From the IMG/VR virus record IMGVR_UViG_2703718775_000013: 64,000 nucleotides of DNA. One strand, written 5' to 3'. A model generated the notes under the pieces. It made no database searches. It worked only from the letters and a program-made list of their open reading frames with translations, and was not told the origin of the DNA. Source of the DNA: a virus. Its lineage: Duplodnaviria > Heunggongvirae > Uroviricota > Caudoviricetes. The position numbers and the translations under genes are program-made. The first letter of the stretch is position 1. Each line of letters starts with the position of its first letter. Below are positions 36,647 to 46,434 of this stretch, in pieces.

Positions 36647-39496
36647 ATGAATGACGTTACAGTTGTTACATCGGTTACTTACCCATCACCCGAGTCGTTG
36701 GCTCTGGTTGCTGATGTGCAATACCACGAACCATATCTGTCAGCCGCGCTAAACCGAAAATTCAGGGGGATTGTTGACCCGGGATTTTATGCCGGTTTCT
36801 TACCTAAGCCTGGCGGTGGGATGAACCTGTTAATCACCTCTGTGGATGGTGATAAAACTGCTGGCGCAGCGTCAGTGGATATTGGTGAATTCTACCAGGT
36901 AACTATTCAGCATCGTAAGGATATTTCTCTTGCACTTAGCGCAGGTAAGAAATATGCAATTGTGCTGAAGGGAAGATACCTCCTTGGAGAGGATACCTAT
37001 CAGGTTAATACCGCGTCACATATTCATGCGGCTGAATTTGTTACCAGAACCTATACCGATTCATATCAGTTAGGAGATGGGGAGCTGCTTGTTTGTACGG
37101 TGAATATCCCTGCTGGAGTATCAGCCATTACCCAGGAGATGATTGATACATCCGAGCGTATTAACCGCACGATCGGCATTGATATTTCAGACTCTGTAAC
37201 CAGTACCAGAAGTGATGTTGCTGCAAGTTCGCTGGCAGTTAAAAAAGCCTACGATCTGGCGAAAAGTAAGTATACGGCGCAGGATGCAAGCACAACGCAA
37301 AAGGGATTAGTTCAGCTCAGTAGCGAAACTAACAGCGACAGCGAAACAATGGCGGCTACCCCTAAAGCCGTTAAGTCTGTAAAAGATCTTGCTGATACCA
37401 AAGCGCCAATAGAAAGCCCGAGTCTGACAGGAACGCCAACCGCGCCGACGGCAGCACAAGGTACAAATAGCACGCAGATCGCAAATACAGCCTTTGTTAA
37501 GGCAGCTATAACGGCACTTATCAACGGTGCACCTGGCACACTGGATACGCTTAAAGAAATAGCTGCTGCGATCAATAACGACCCGAATTTCAGCACAACT
37601 ATCAACAATGCTCTGGCTCTTAAAGCTCCTTTAGCAAGTCCTGCATTAACGGGAATACCTACTGCGCCTACCGCTGCACAGGGTACGAATAACACGCAGA
37701 TTGCTACGACCGCTTATGTAAGAGCTGCCATATCCGCATTGGTTGGTTCATCACCAGAAGCTCTTGATACCCTGAATGAGCTTGCCGCAGCACTTGGCAA
37801 TGACCCGAACTTTGCGACAACAATGACAAATGCGCTGGCAGGCAAACAGCCTCTGGATGCAACTTTAACCGCTCTCGCTGCCCTTGCGACTGGTGCAAAC
37901 AAACTGCCTTATTTCACTGGTAAGGATACGGTAGCTCAGACTGATTTAACGTCAGTCGGTCGCGATATTCTGGCTAAAACAAGCACACAGGCCGTTATCC
38001 AATACCTTGGTTTAAGAGAACTCGGTACCAGCGGTGAAAAGATCCCCCTGTTGAGCACGGCTAACACATGGAGTGCGCGCCAGAGTTTCAACGGCGGGAT
38101 CACCGGGGCGCTGACAGGGAACGCCGACACCGCGACGAAATTAAAAACAGCCATAAACATTAATGGCGTCAGGTTCGATGGTTCGGCTGACATTAATATC
38201 AATACTCTGGTATCTCGCGGTCGCGTAACGGCCCTAGAGGCGAATGCACAGGGAACATCCGGGATTCAGCTGTATGAGGCATACAACAATGGCTACCCTT
38301 CCACCTATGGCAATGTGCTTCACCTTAAAGGTGCCACCGCTGCTGGCGAAGGTGAGTTATTCATTGGCTGGAGTGGCACGAGCGGTGACCATGCGCCCGT
38401 ACATATCCGTTCGCGGCGTGATACTGATTCTGCCAACTGGTCTGAATGGGCGCAGGTCTATACGTCAAAAGATTCAATTCCCGGCGTCAATGCCAAAGGG
38501 GATCAGGACACCTCTGGTAATGCGGCTACAGCGACCAAGTTGCAGACAGCATGTACTATCAATGGCGTCTCGTTTGATGGTTCTACTGATATCACTTTAA
38601 CCGCTGCGCATGTTGCTGCTTTTGCCAGAAGAGCAACGGATACGTATGCCGATGCGGATGGGGGCGTTCCCTGGAATGCCGAATCAGGCGCTTACAATGT
38701 CATTCGCTCTGCCGACAGCTATATTCTGGTTAACTTCTATACCGGAGTCGGAAGTTGCCCGACCTTGCAGATGAAGGCGAATTACAGAAATGGTGGTCTG
38801 TTCTACCGTTCTTCAAGAGACGGTTATGGTTTTGAGGAAGACTGGGCAGAAGTTTATACCTCGAAAAATCTTCCACCAGAAAGCTACCCAGTCGGCGCAC
38901 CAATCCCGTGGCCATCAGATACCGTTCCGTCTGGTTATGCCCTGATGCAGGGGCAGACTTTTGACAAATCTGCATACCCGAAACTTGCAGTCGCTTATCC
39001 GTCAGGCGTTATTCCTGATATGCGTGGCTGGACGATTAAGGGCAAGCCCGGCAGTGGTCGTGCCGTATTGTCTCAGGAACAGGACGGCATTAAATCGCAC
39101 ACCCACAGCGCCAGCGCATCCAGTACGGATTTGGGGACGAAAACCACATCGTCGTTTGATTACGGTACTAAAACGACCAGTTCATTTGATTACGGCACAA
39201 AAACTACGAATAGCGCTGGAAATCATTCACACAATATACCTGTTGGTCACACTGGCGCGGGGAATGGTGTATCAGCCGGTTTTAACGCTGCGTTAGGTAC
39301 TGGTACCACGTCGAGCGCAGGCGAGCATGCTCACAATGTATATATCGGTGCCCATAACCACACTATCGGCATTGGTGCTCATGCCCATTCTGTCATTATT
39401 GGTCCCCACGGACACACCATCACCGTTAACGCTACGGGTAACGAAGAAAACACCGTAAAAAACATCGCATTTAACTATATTGTGAGGCTTGCATAA
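36647..39496 (+). CDS. S: tail fibre protein (S-like) with internal tandem fibre repeats and His-rich C-terminal tip
   Basis: ATG at 36647; repeats ...[29 protein letters not shown]... duplicated; C-terminus has triple [10 protein letters not shown] and HxH motifs ([33 protein letters not shown]). Confidence 0.8.
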   Translation: MNDVTVVTSVTYPSPESLALVADVQYHEPYLSAALNRKFRGIVDPGFYAGFLPKPGGGMNLLITSVDGDKTAGAASVDIGEFYQVTIQHRKDISLALSAGKKYAIVLKGRYLLGEDTYQVNTASHIHAAEFVTRTYTDSYQLGDGELLVCTVNIPAGVSAITQEMIDTSERINRTIGIDISDSVTSTRSDVAASSLAVKKAYDLAKSKYTAQDASTTQKGLVQLSSETNSDSETMAATPKAVKSVKDLADTKAPIESPSLTGTPTAPTAAQGTNSTQIANTAFVKAAITALINGAPGTLDTLKEIAAAINNDPNFSTTINNALALKAPLASPALTGIPTAPTAAQGTNNTQIATTAYVRAAISALVGSSPEALDTLNELAAALGNDPNFATTMTNALAGKQPLDATLTALAALATGANKLPYFTGKDTVAQTDLTSVGRDILAKTSTQAVIQYLGLRELGTSGEKIPLLSTANTWSARQSFNGGITGALTGNADTATKLKTAININGVRFDGSADININTLVSRGRVTALEANAQGTSGIQLYEAYNNGYPSTYGNVLHLKGATAAGEGELFIGWSGTSGDHAPVHIRSRRDTDSANWSEWAQVYTSKDSIPGVNAKGDQDTSGNAATATKLQTACTINGVSFDGSTDITLTAAHVAAFARRATDTYADADGGVPWNAESGAYNVIRSADSYILVNFYTGVGSCPTLQMKANYRNGGLFYRSSRDGYGFEEDWAEVYTSKNLPPESYPVGAPIPWPSDTVPSGYALMQGQTFDKSAYPKLAVAYPSGVIPDMRGWTIKGKPGSGRAVLSQEQDGIKSHTHSASASSTDLGTKTTSSFDYGTKTTSSFDYGTKTTNSAGNHSHNIPVGHTGAGNGVSAGFNAALGTGTTSSAGEHAHNVYIGAHNHTIGIGAHAHSVIIGPHGHTITVNATGNEENTVKNIAFNYIVRLA

Positions 39497-40074
39497 TGAC
39501 ATTCAGAATGAGTGAACACTCACGGACCATAAAAATTTATAATCTACTGACCGGAACCAATGAGTTTATTGGTGAAGGTGATGCATACATTCCACCTCAT
39601 ACAGGTCTGCCTGCAAACAGTACCGATATTGCCCCGCCAGATATTCCGGCTGGCTTCGTGGCCGTTTTCAACAGTGATGAGGCATCGTGGCATCTCGTTG
39701 AAGACCATCGGGGTAAAACGGTTTATGACGTGGCATCAGGGGACTCGTTATTTATTTCTGAACTCGGTCCATTACCGGAAAATGTCACCTGGTTATCCCC
39801 GGAAGGGGAGTTTCAGAAGTGGAACGGCACAGCCTGGGTGAAAGATGCAGAAGCAGAAAAACTGTTCCGGATCCGGAAGGCGGAAGAAACAAAAAACAGC
39901 CTGATGCAGATGGCCAGTGAGCATATTGCGCCACTTCAGGATGCCGTAGATTTGGATATTGCGACGGAGGAAGAGGCATCGTTACTGACTGCATGGAAGA
40001 CATATCGGGTATTGTTGAATCGTGTTGATACAACAGTAGCATCGGATGTTGAGTGGCCAGTCGCCCCGCAATAA
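39496..40074 (+). CDS. U: tail fibre assembly chaperone (U/Tfa family)
   Basis: 192-aa ORF overlapping S stop; the ...[11 protein letters not shown]... segment resembles the conserved N-terminal part of Tfa/U proteins. Confidence 0.7.
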   Translation: MTFRMSEHSRTIKIYNLLTGTNEFIGEGDAYIPPHTGLPANSTDIAPPDIPAGFVAVFNSDEASWHLVEDHRGKTVYDVASGDSLFISELGPLPENVTWLSPEGEFQKWNGTAWVKDAEAEKLFRIRKAEETKNSLMQMASEHIAPLQDAVDLDIATEEEASLLTAWKTYRVLLNRVDTTVASDVEWPVAPQ

Positions 40075-40117
40075 AAGGATAAAGCCATCGATAGAAATAT
40101 TGATGGCTTCATGTACT

Positions 40118-40621
40118 CTATTTATACAATACAACACCGCTCTTTTTTGTTATATATGTGCAGTTCGATGGTATATCTTTATTTATAAAAGACATTGCAC
40201 CTATTTTTACATTATCCCCAATTTTACGTGATAATCCAATGATGCAACAATTAGCTCCGATATCAACGTTATTACCAATTTTTACTCTTGAACCAGGCAT
40301 GTCACCATCTACCTGTCCAATGGTAGTATTCTGTCGCAAAACCAGATTTTCACCAGCATCAACAGCAAAATGAACAACAATTCCAGTATGATGGGGAATT
40401 GTTAAACCTTTTCCAATATTTGCGCCCAATCCAATTTCGCAACCAAATCTGTTAATTATATTATTGTTTAACTTTCTGGCTGCTTTCTTATGTAATTTAT
40501 TGCCATTAATATACATTTCATTAGCCAGTCTCCACCAGAAAAGGAAATTCCGATTGCGCTGCTTCTTCTCTCTTAATAGTCGCCAAACATCCATTTTTTC
40601 ACGCCTGATGATTTCAGCCAT
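40118..40621 (-). CDS. hexapeptide-repeat (left-handed beta-helix) acetyltransferase, WcaB/CysE-like
   Basis: Hexapeptide repeats (IGLGANIGKGLTI, VKIGNNVDIGANCCIIG, IGDNVKIGAMSFI); start chosen at ATG 40621 (ORF track gives 40690); very AT-rich context. Confidence 0.65.
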   Translation of the reverse strand: MAEIIRREKMDVWRLLREKKQRNRNFLFWWRLANEMYINGNKLHKKAARKLNNNIINRFGCEIGLGANIGKGLTIPHHTGIVVHFAVDAGENLVLRQNTTIGQVDGDMPGSRVKIGNNVDIGANCCIIGLSRKIGDNVKIGAMSFINKDIPSNCTYITKKSGVVLYK

Positions 40622-41180
40622 CCAATAGCTCAATAGAGCTTTTGAATTCCCGAAGATGACAAAGTGAATAGCTATTAAGTAACATAACATATTGCAACTG
40701 CCTATATTTTTTGGTTTCTATGGTTATATATTGACATTATAATTAAAACAATAATCATCAGTGTGTTACTGCGTTCCTGCTAAACTAAATCAACGCACAA
40801 TGTAAACACAAATGTTAATTTTAAGCTGAGCGCTAAAGGGATGTCAATATTGTATTGATAATGAGTTGCAAGATTGCCAACACTTTCTATATTTTTGGAT
40901 GCAATAATTTATATTTTATCTATTTAGTGTTTCTTTAGACTTATTAAGGATATCATTATTAATTTATGGCTTGCCATTTCTATACATATCTGTTAAAAAT
41001 TTTGACTTGTTTGTTGAAAATAGATTTAATTGATTGGTTTATTTTTTACATGACGCTCTTTAATATAACTTCAGGTATATATAAGCACAATGCATTATTT
41101 CCAGAGGAAATTAACAAAATTGTTAGCTCTTATTTGTTGAGCTTATAGATATTAATTAAGGCCCGATTCCGGGCCTTTCC

Positions 41181-41414
41181 TCATTCCGGCTTTTCGGGAA
41201 ACGTTACTGGAAGGATGGAGGTATCCGTGGATTCGACTTTCTGCGCATAGAGAATCCACTCGGTTAATTTTTGTTTACCCTGAACGGAAATAATGCCTAG
41301 CCGTAACTGTGAGTCCCAGAGCTGAGTTTTATCCCTGACGAGCTGTAGCAGGCTTTGCTTTTCTTTTTCCGCTTGTTGTCTTTGCATGACCGGTTGAGAA
41401 GTTACTTTGCATAC
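41181..41414 (-). CDS. small hypothetical protein
   Basis: About 78 aa from ATG 41414, divergent from lydA; longer ORF-track version would overlap lydA. Confidence 0.35.
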   Translation of the reverse strand, partial: VCKVTSQPVMQRQQAEKEKQSLLQLVRDKTQLWDSQLRLGIISVQGKQKLTEWILYAQKVESTDTSILPVTFPEKPE

Positions 41415-41445
41415 CATTACCTCCTGACAACGTAGGAGGGAACTT

Positions 41446-41775
41446 GTGCTTGACACACAGGAATTAGCTCCAGTTGCTATTGCGCTCCTGCTTTCAGTAA
41501 TTGGTGGGATAGGCACGTTCCTGATGGATGTCCGAGACGGTCGCCAGTCTGGCAATTTGTTGGGATTGGTTACGGAGATCTTTGTTGCAGTGACAGCTGG
41601 CGCGGTGGCGTACCTATTGGGGCAACACGAGGGCTGGGAGTTATCAATTACGTACTTAATGGTAACGATAGCCAGCAATAACGGTCATGAGGTGATTTCA
41701 GGGATGAAACGAGTGAATATCGATAGCATTCTGAATGTTCTTACAAGTTTGGTGAAAAAGGGAGGTGGGAAATGA
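41446..41775 (+). CDS. lydA: holin LydA-like
   Basis: 109 aa with hydrophobic TM segments, followed by overlapping lydB-like gene; layout of recalled P1 lydA-lydB. Confidence 0.65.
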   Translation: MLDTQELAPVAIALLLSVIGGIGTFLMDVRDGRQSGNLLGLVTEIFVAVTAGAVAYLLGQHEGWELSITYLMVTIASNNGHEVISGMKRVNIDSILNVLTSLVKKGGGK

Positions 41776-42215
41776 TTGGCTGGGGTGTATGCGCTCTTGC
41801 GTTAGCCTTAGCCGATCGCTATTTGCTAAAACGCAAGGACATCACGCATTTAGAACTTGGTGATGTGGAAATTAAACCGGGTTTCATCCGGGTGCCGTTC
41901 AAATACCGGTCTAAATTCCCGTTTTTGCGCGGCGCAACGGTCAGATATTGGATCCGCGATGTTCAGAAGCCAACGACAGTGATTGAAGGCGAACAACGTT
42001 GTCTGACGTCGGCTGAACAGGGCGAAAACAGTGAATGGTTGTACATACCCACTGAATATATGGGTAAAGGAGAACGGCTGTGGCATTTCAACGTCATGGT
42101 TACGCATGGCGACTCGTTCATTAACCCGTTGTATCGGATTTTCCCTGTTACTCAGCAAATCCGCAGAAGTTACGTAATAAATCTCGCACAGGATGTGTCA
42201 GATGACGAAAAATAA
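41772..42215 (+). CDS. lydB: antiholin LydB-like
   Basis: 147-aa ORF overlapping lydA stop by 4 nt. Confidence 0.6.
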   Translation: MIGWGVCALALALADRYLLKRKDITHLELGDVEIKPGFIRVPFKYRSKFPFLRGATVRYWIRDVQKPTTVIEGEQRCLTSAEQGENSEWLYIPTEYMGKGERLWHFNVMVTHGDSFINPLYRIFPVTQQIRRSYVINLAQDVSDDEK

Positions 42216-42804
42216 GTATGCAACGGTCGATTTTGACCAGGTTAATGAAAAGGGGCTGAAATCCCTTATCGCGGCGATCAATAAAACCGGTGTTACGGTA
42301 ATTGAGGTTGACTCCAGCAACCGCGCAACAACGAAAGATGGCGTTAAAGTTAAAACCGCAAAGCTGGTTCTTAACGACGGACAAATTCTTGCCATACAGG
42401 TAAACGATACTGGCGATATATCGTCTGTGAGGCTGAATGGAAAAGCTATTCCTAACGCTCAGTCGCCGGATATCAAGACGCTTGGTACCGTCATGGGGCA
42501 AGCGGCCCGCAAAAACTCCGCAAAATTCCAGAAATCACTGATCGCCAAAGCGAAACGTGTTGCCAATCCGGTAGACAAGAAACCGGCAGTAAAATCCAAC
42601 TTTCAGCGCCTGCAAGAGGCAAAACAGCGGAATGCTCAGGTGGTTGCCGCTTATAAATCAGCGCAGAACTCGGTGTCTTTCAATCAACAGCAGATCACTG
42701 ATTTGCGGGCGAAGCTGGATAAGGAGACAGGCCGACTCAATAACGAAAAGGCCCGAAATGGCGAACTCAAACGCCGTCTTAAGCAACTGAAAGCAGGAAA
42801 TTAA
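42202..42804 (+). CDS. hdf: Hdf (homolog of DarA fragment)
   Basis: Shares a segment with the downstream DarA ORF (KNSAKFQ motif and flanking residues) and sits directly upstream of darA. Confidence 0.65.
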   Translation: MTKNKYATVDFDQVNEKGLKSLIAAINKTGVTVIEVDSSNRATTKDGVKVKTAKLVLNDGQILAIQVNDTGDISSVRLNGKAIPNAQSPDIKTLGTVMGQAARKNSAKFQKSLIAKAKRVANPVDKKPAVKSNFQRLQEAKQRNAQVVAAYKSAQNSVSFNQQQITDLRAKLDKETGRLNNEKARNGELKRRLKQLKAGN

Positions 42805-42805
42805 C

Positions 42806-44725
42806 ATGGAACAGTTCAATATCAATAAAGGGGTGACGATCAAGCCTGGGCTTGACGTGCTTCCCCCGCCAGTGACTGATGATGAATATCGCGCATTAAT
42901 GGCCGGTGAGGACCGCTATCTGATGACGGAATCCAACACCCTGGAGGAAATCGAGGCTACGTTCTTCTATGACACGCCGATCCACTGGTGTGCTACGGAT
43001 TTACTGGAGGCGATTAGTTCTACTCGTTTGCAGCTACACCGGACCATGCAGGCATTTGTCCGGGCATTGAACCAGAAGCTGAATGGTACCGGAATCTCTG
43101 CGGGGAGTGATAAAACGGGGGACGTGGCCCAGAACGGTGCACGCGCGATCGGCGGGGCTGAAATTGGCCGGGCACGTAACGTTAACGGGCTGCCGGTCCT
43201 GCCAGCCATTATTCCGCTCAGTGATGGTCAGACTATCAGCATTCTGTTTCATAGCCCGACAGCGGAAAACCGGATCACCAATAGCGATACGCTGATTGCT
43301 TTCCAGTTCTTACTGAATAAAAAAGACGTTACTCATACCGTTGCTCCGATGAGTGGACGTGATATGACGCTGGCGCAGGTCACCATGAAACTTGCCAACC
43401 TTGCAGAGAAAAACTCGGCAAAATTCCAGCGTGCGCAGAAGAAGAAAAAAGCCCTGGTTGATGAAATAACCCAACTACAGGCTGACAGTGACCAGAAAGA
43501 GGATGCCATGAGCGACCTCGCGGATCAGGTGGCAGCGGTAGAAGGGCAGAAGGTAGATCTGGAGCAGAAAATTAACGCTGTTGCATCGGAAGCGGATTCT
43601 CTTTATGAAGAGAATGAGCGTTTGCAGACGGAGATTGATCAGCTCAATCGAACTGGTGGGCGCGAAACCATTGCTCCTGCGGGGATGACTGGTAGACACT
43701 CTCGCGCGATGACGGATCGCCTTGCAAGTATCAAAAATCGTATGCATATGAACGGGGAAGTGACGCTCAGTAATGGTGCATCAATGAAGCAATTCATTGA
43801 GGACGGTGAAGGGTATATCCAGTTAACCGATTCGGATGGCAGCGTGTACATGATCAAGGCTAAATCCATACAGGGTGTGGACATGGCAGATGCGATCGGC
43901 AAGCTGTTTAAAGCCTATAAAGCGGGTAATGTATCGGAATATCTGGTCCAACCAGAAGAACATAAACCGGAAAACGTCGAACCTGAACCAGCGGAGGATA
44001 CCGGTAGCTCTTCGCCTGAACCAGAAGTCTCTGTAGGTGCATATCGATATGCCCTGCAAATGCGTCCGGCGGCCCCTGGCGCAATACCTGAAGGTAATAA
44101 AGCGATTCTGCCGCGCCCTGATGAAGGTGACCCGTATTATGAATATGCACGCTACGGCATTGCTACTTACGATACCCCGCTTTCTGATCAGCAAATGAGT
44201 GAGTACGACCTGAAGTTATTGCCTCGCGAGGATTCTTTCGACTTCCTGGCGAAGACACTTACTAATGGTCCGTTTGGCAAATATGCACAAAAAGCTCTGG
44301 AGCTGGCCACCAGCTCACCAGACGAGTTCCGCGTAATGCTGAAGACTCAGTTTCAAAAAACTTTCCCCAATATTGCGTTTCCGGGGGGCGCTGGCACCGA
44401 GAAAATGGTGCAGAGCATGATCAATGCATTGCAGGCCGAAGTCGGTGAGATTACTCAGCCAGAACCGGCCCCGGCACAGCCTGATGAAACGGTTAGCGAA
44501 GCAGATGCAGAGGCTAATAAAGCCATTGAATATCTCAATAACGTGATGGATATGCAAAGCACTGACATGGCGGAGATCCGTAACGCCCGGGGCAATGTCC
44601 GGGAAGCGATTGCAGCCCTTCAGGCTGCCGGACGTTTTGAGGAAAACGAAGAGCTGGTTAACGGTGCTGCTCGCCACCTGGCTGATCTGCTGGTAGCAAT
44701 CCAGAAAGCGGGGGTAGCGGCATGA
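42806..44725 (+). CDS. darA: antirestriction head protein DarA
   Basis: 639-aa ORF in hdf-darA-ddrA order; size matches recalled P1 DarA. Confidence 0.75.
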   Translation: MEQFNINKGVTIKPGLDVLPPPVTDDEYRALMAGEDRYLMTESNTLEEIEATFFYDTPIHWCATDLLEAISSTRLQLHRTMQAFVRALNQKLNGTGISAGSDKTGDVAQNGARAIGGAEIGRARNVNGLPVLPAIIPLSDGQTISILFHSPTAENRITNSDTLIAFQFLLNKKDVTHTVAPMSGRDMTLAQVTMKLANLAEKNSAKFQRAQKKKKALVDEITQLQADSDQKEDAMSDLADQVAAVEGQKVDLEQKINAVASEADSLYEENERLQTEIDQLNRTGGRETIAPAGMTGRHSRAMTDRLASIKNRMHMNGEVTLSNGASMKQFIEDGEGYIQLTDSDGSVYMIKAKSIQGVDMADAIGKLFKAYKAGNVSEYLVQPEEHKPENVEPEPAEDTGSSSPEPEVSVGAYRYALQMRPAAPGAIPEGNKAILPRPDEGDPYYEYARYGIATYDTPLSDQQMSEYDLKLLPREDSFDFLAKTLTNGPFGKYAQKALELATSSPDEFRVMLKTQFQKTFPNIAFPGGAGTEKMVQSMINALQAEVGEITQPEPAPAQPDETVSEADAEANKAIEYLNNVMDMQSTDMAEIRNARGNVREAIAALQAAGRFEENEELVNGAARHLADLLVAIQKAGVAA

Positions 44726-45087
44726 CACTATCAGCTATTGAGTTAATGGACCTCAGCGATAAGTTGGATGCTCTGATGTCCAAAGCGGCTACCGCGAGTG
44801 GCATGGAGTTGCTGGATATCAGCGATGAAATTGACCAGATCATGCAACAGATGGGGTACGGCGCGTCCGGCGGCAGTAGTGGCGAGGAAAAACAACCTTC
44901 GGTACATGATGGTGTGCCAAAACTGGTTGCTGATTTCCTGGCTGATAAATTCGTCGATCAGAGCACTGATGCATTTATCGGTACGTTACAGGACTTGAGT
45001 CAATATGTTGGCACATACATCGACCTGGACCAGGTTAAACAGCACACGGCGGCATGGATAGCCGCCAACATTAAAGAGGCAGCGTGA
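44722..45087 (+). CDS. ddrA: DdrA-like protein
   Basis: 121-aa ORF overlapping darA stop; synteny-based. Confidence 0.55.
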   Translation: MTLSAIELMDLSDKLDALMSKAATASGMELLDISDEIDQIMQQMGYGASGGSSGEEKQPSVHDGVPKLVADFLADKFVDQSTDAFIGTLQDLSQYVGTYIDLDQVKQHTAAWIAANIKEAA

Positions 45088-45089
45088 CA

Positions 45090-46425
45090 TCCTCCACGCC
45101 CCGAAGGGCGTGGATTCCTGCTACGTTCAGGCTGTCGCCTGAATCATTTTGGTGGGTTCCTGCTTCAACGGGCGGCCTGACTGCACCATCCCTCCACAGG
45201 CAAGTACGGCGTGCCCCGCCGCTAAAATGTTACGAGCGCCGTTTACATCGGCGTTCGCTGTATATCCACATACCTGGCATCTGAATTTACTTTGTGACAG
45301 GCGATTTTCTTTCGCTGTATGACCACAGCACGCGCAACGCTGGCTTGTGTACGCTGGCGGAACAGCAAGCACCTGACCGCCACGCCAGAGCTGCTTGTAC
45401 TCAAGCTGGCGGCGCATTTCATACCAGCCCTGATCCAGTATCGAACGGTTTAAACCTGATTTTGCCCGGACATTGCGACCCGGATGACTTATCGTTCCCG
45501 CCGCTGACTTTGACATGTATTTAACCTTCAAATCCTCAATGACAATCATTGCGTGGTTTTTGCTGACGGTCGTTGTGACTTTGTGAAGGTAGTCCCTGCG
45601 GATATTTGCGATACGGGAATGCAGTCGCTGTATTTTGCGTTTCTGCTTCTGCCAGTTGTTGCTGAATTTGACCTTGCGGCTTAACTGTCGCTGAAGTCTC
45701 GCCAGCTTCTTCTGGTTTTTCTGAAAACTATTTACAGGTTCAAAGACTGTGCCATCTGACAGCGTGGCGAGTTTAGCCACGCCAGCATCCAGTCCGACCA
45801 TTGATGCTGAAGGGTGAACAGGAGTGGATACCTCTCTTTCTGTCTGAATACTGATGTACCACTTACCGCAGGACTGGCTGACAGTAACATTTTTCACAAT
45901 ACCCGTGACCTGACGGCTATTCCGGTAGCGCATCCAGCCAAGTTTCGGCAGAAAAATACGGCTGTTTTCCTGATCGAGCTTAACACCCTGCGGGTAGCGG
46001 AATGCATCATTCTGTCCCCGCTTTTTGAATCGGGGAAAAGCTGCCCGATTCTGGAAGAAGTTTTTGTAAGCCCGCTCAAGGTCTTTCAGTGACTGTTGCA
46101 ATGGCTGTGAGGGAGAATCTTTAAGCCATTCGGTTTCAGTGTCTTTTTTCCACTCAACCAACCAGGAAGCCATTTTCGTGTAAGGGATGTATTTTTTACC
46201 GGCCTCATGATTCTCATTCTGAAGCGCCAGAGCACGGTTGAAAACGAAACGACAAGCTCCGGCAAAGCGCCTCATTTGACGCTCCTGTTGACCATCTGGT
46301 TTTAACCGGAATTTGAATGACACCTGTTGTTTCATGTCACTATTTTAAGCAAAAATAGCCGGGAGGAAAACTGTGCCTTATATCCCCACTATGAGGAGCG
46401 TAGGGGGCGGCACATTGGATAAGGC
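45090..46425 (-). mobile_element. IS200/IS605-family insertion sequence, tnpB-only (IS1341-like), inserted between ddrA and ddrB
   Basis: Single TnpB gene, subterminal hairpin CCACGCCCCGAAGGGCGTGG at 45096-45115 just past tnpB 3' end, TTAC (reverse complement of GTAA at 46426-46429) abutting the proposed left end; no tnpA. Boundaries approximate. Confidence 0.6.
45127..46335 (-). CDS. tnpB: TnpB (OrfB) RuvC-like RNA-guided nuclease of IS200/IS605 family
   Basis: 402 aa; C-terminal zinc ribbon [11 protein letters not shown]...[18 protein letters not shown]; typical OrfB_IS605 architecture. Confidence 0.85.
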   Translation of the reverse strand: MKQQVSFKFRLKPDGQQERQMRRFAGACRFVFNRALALQNENHEAGKKYIPYTKMASWLVEWKKDTETEWLKDSPSQPLQQSLKDLERAYKNFFQNRAAFPRFKKRGQNDAFRYPQGVKLDQENSRIFLPKLGWMRYRNSRQVTGIVKNVTVSQSCGKWYISIQTEREVSTPVHPSASMVGLDAGVAKLATLSDGTVFEPVNSFQKNQKKLARLQRQLSRKVKFSNNWQKQKRKIQRLHSRIANIRRDYLHKVTTTVSKNHAMIVIEDLKVKYMSKSAAGTISHPGRNVRAKSGLNRSILDQGWYEMRRQLEYKQLWRGGQVLAVPPAYTSQRCACCGHTAKENRLSQSKFRCQVCGYTANADVNGARNILAAGHAVLACGGMVQSGRPLKQEPTKMIQATA

Positions 46426-46434
46426 GTAACAGGG

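Noticed and set aside
40075-41420. Search for cin invertase and cix crossover sites expected after U in P1
   Set aside because: No serine-recombinase ORF and no inverted duplicate of fibre gene 3' ends were seen; locus instead holds an acetyltransferase.
41415-41678. Long version (165 aa) of minus-strand ORF 41181-41678
   Set aside because: Its N-terminal part overlaps lydA on the opposite strand; only the distal part from ATG 41414 is plausible, and even that is low confidence.
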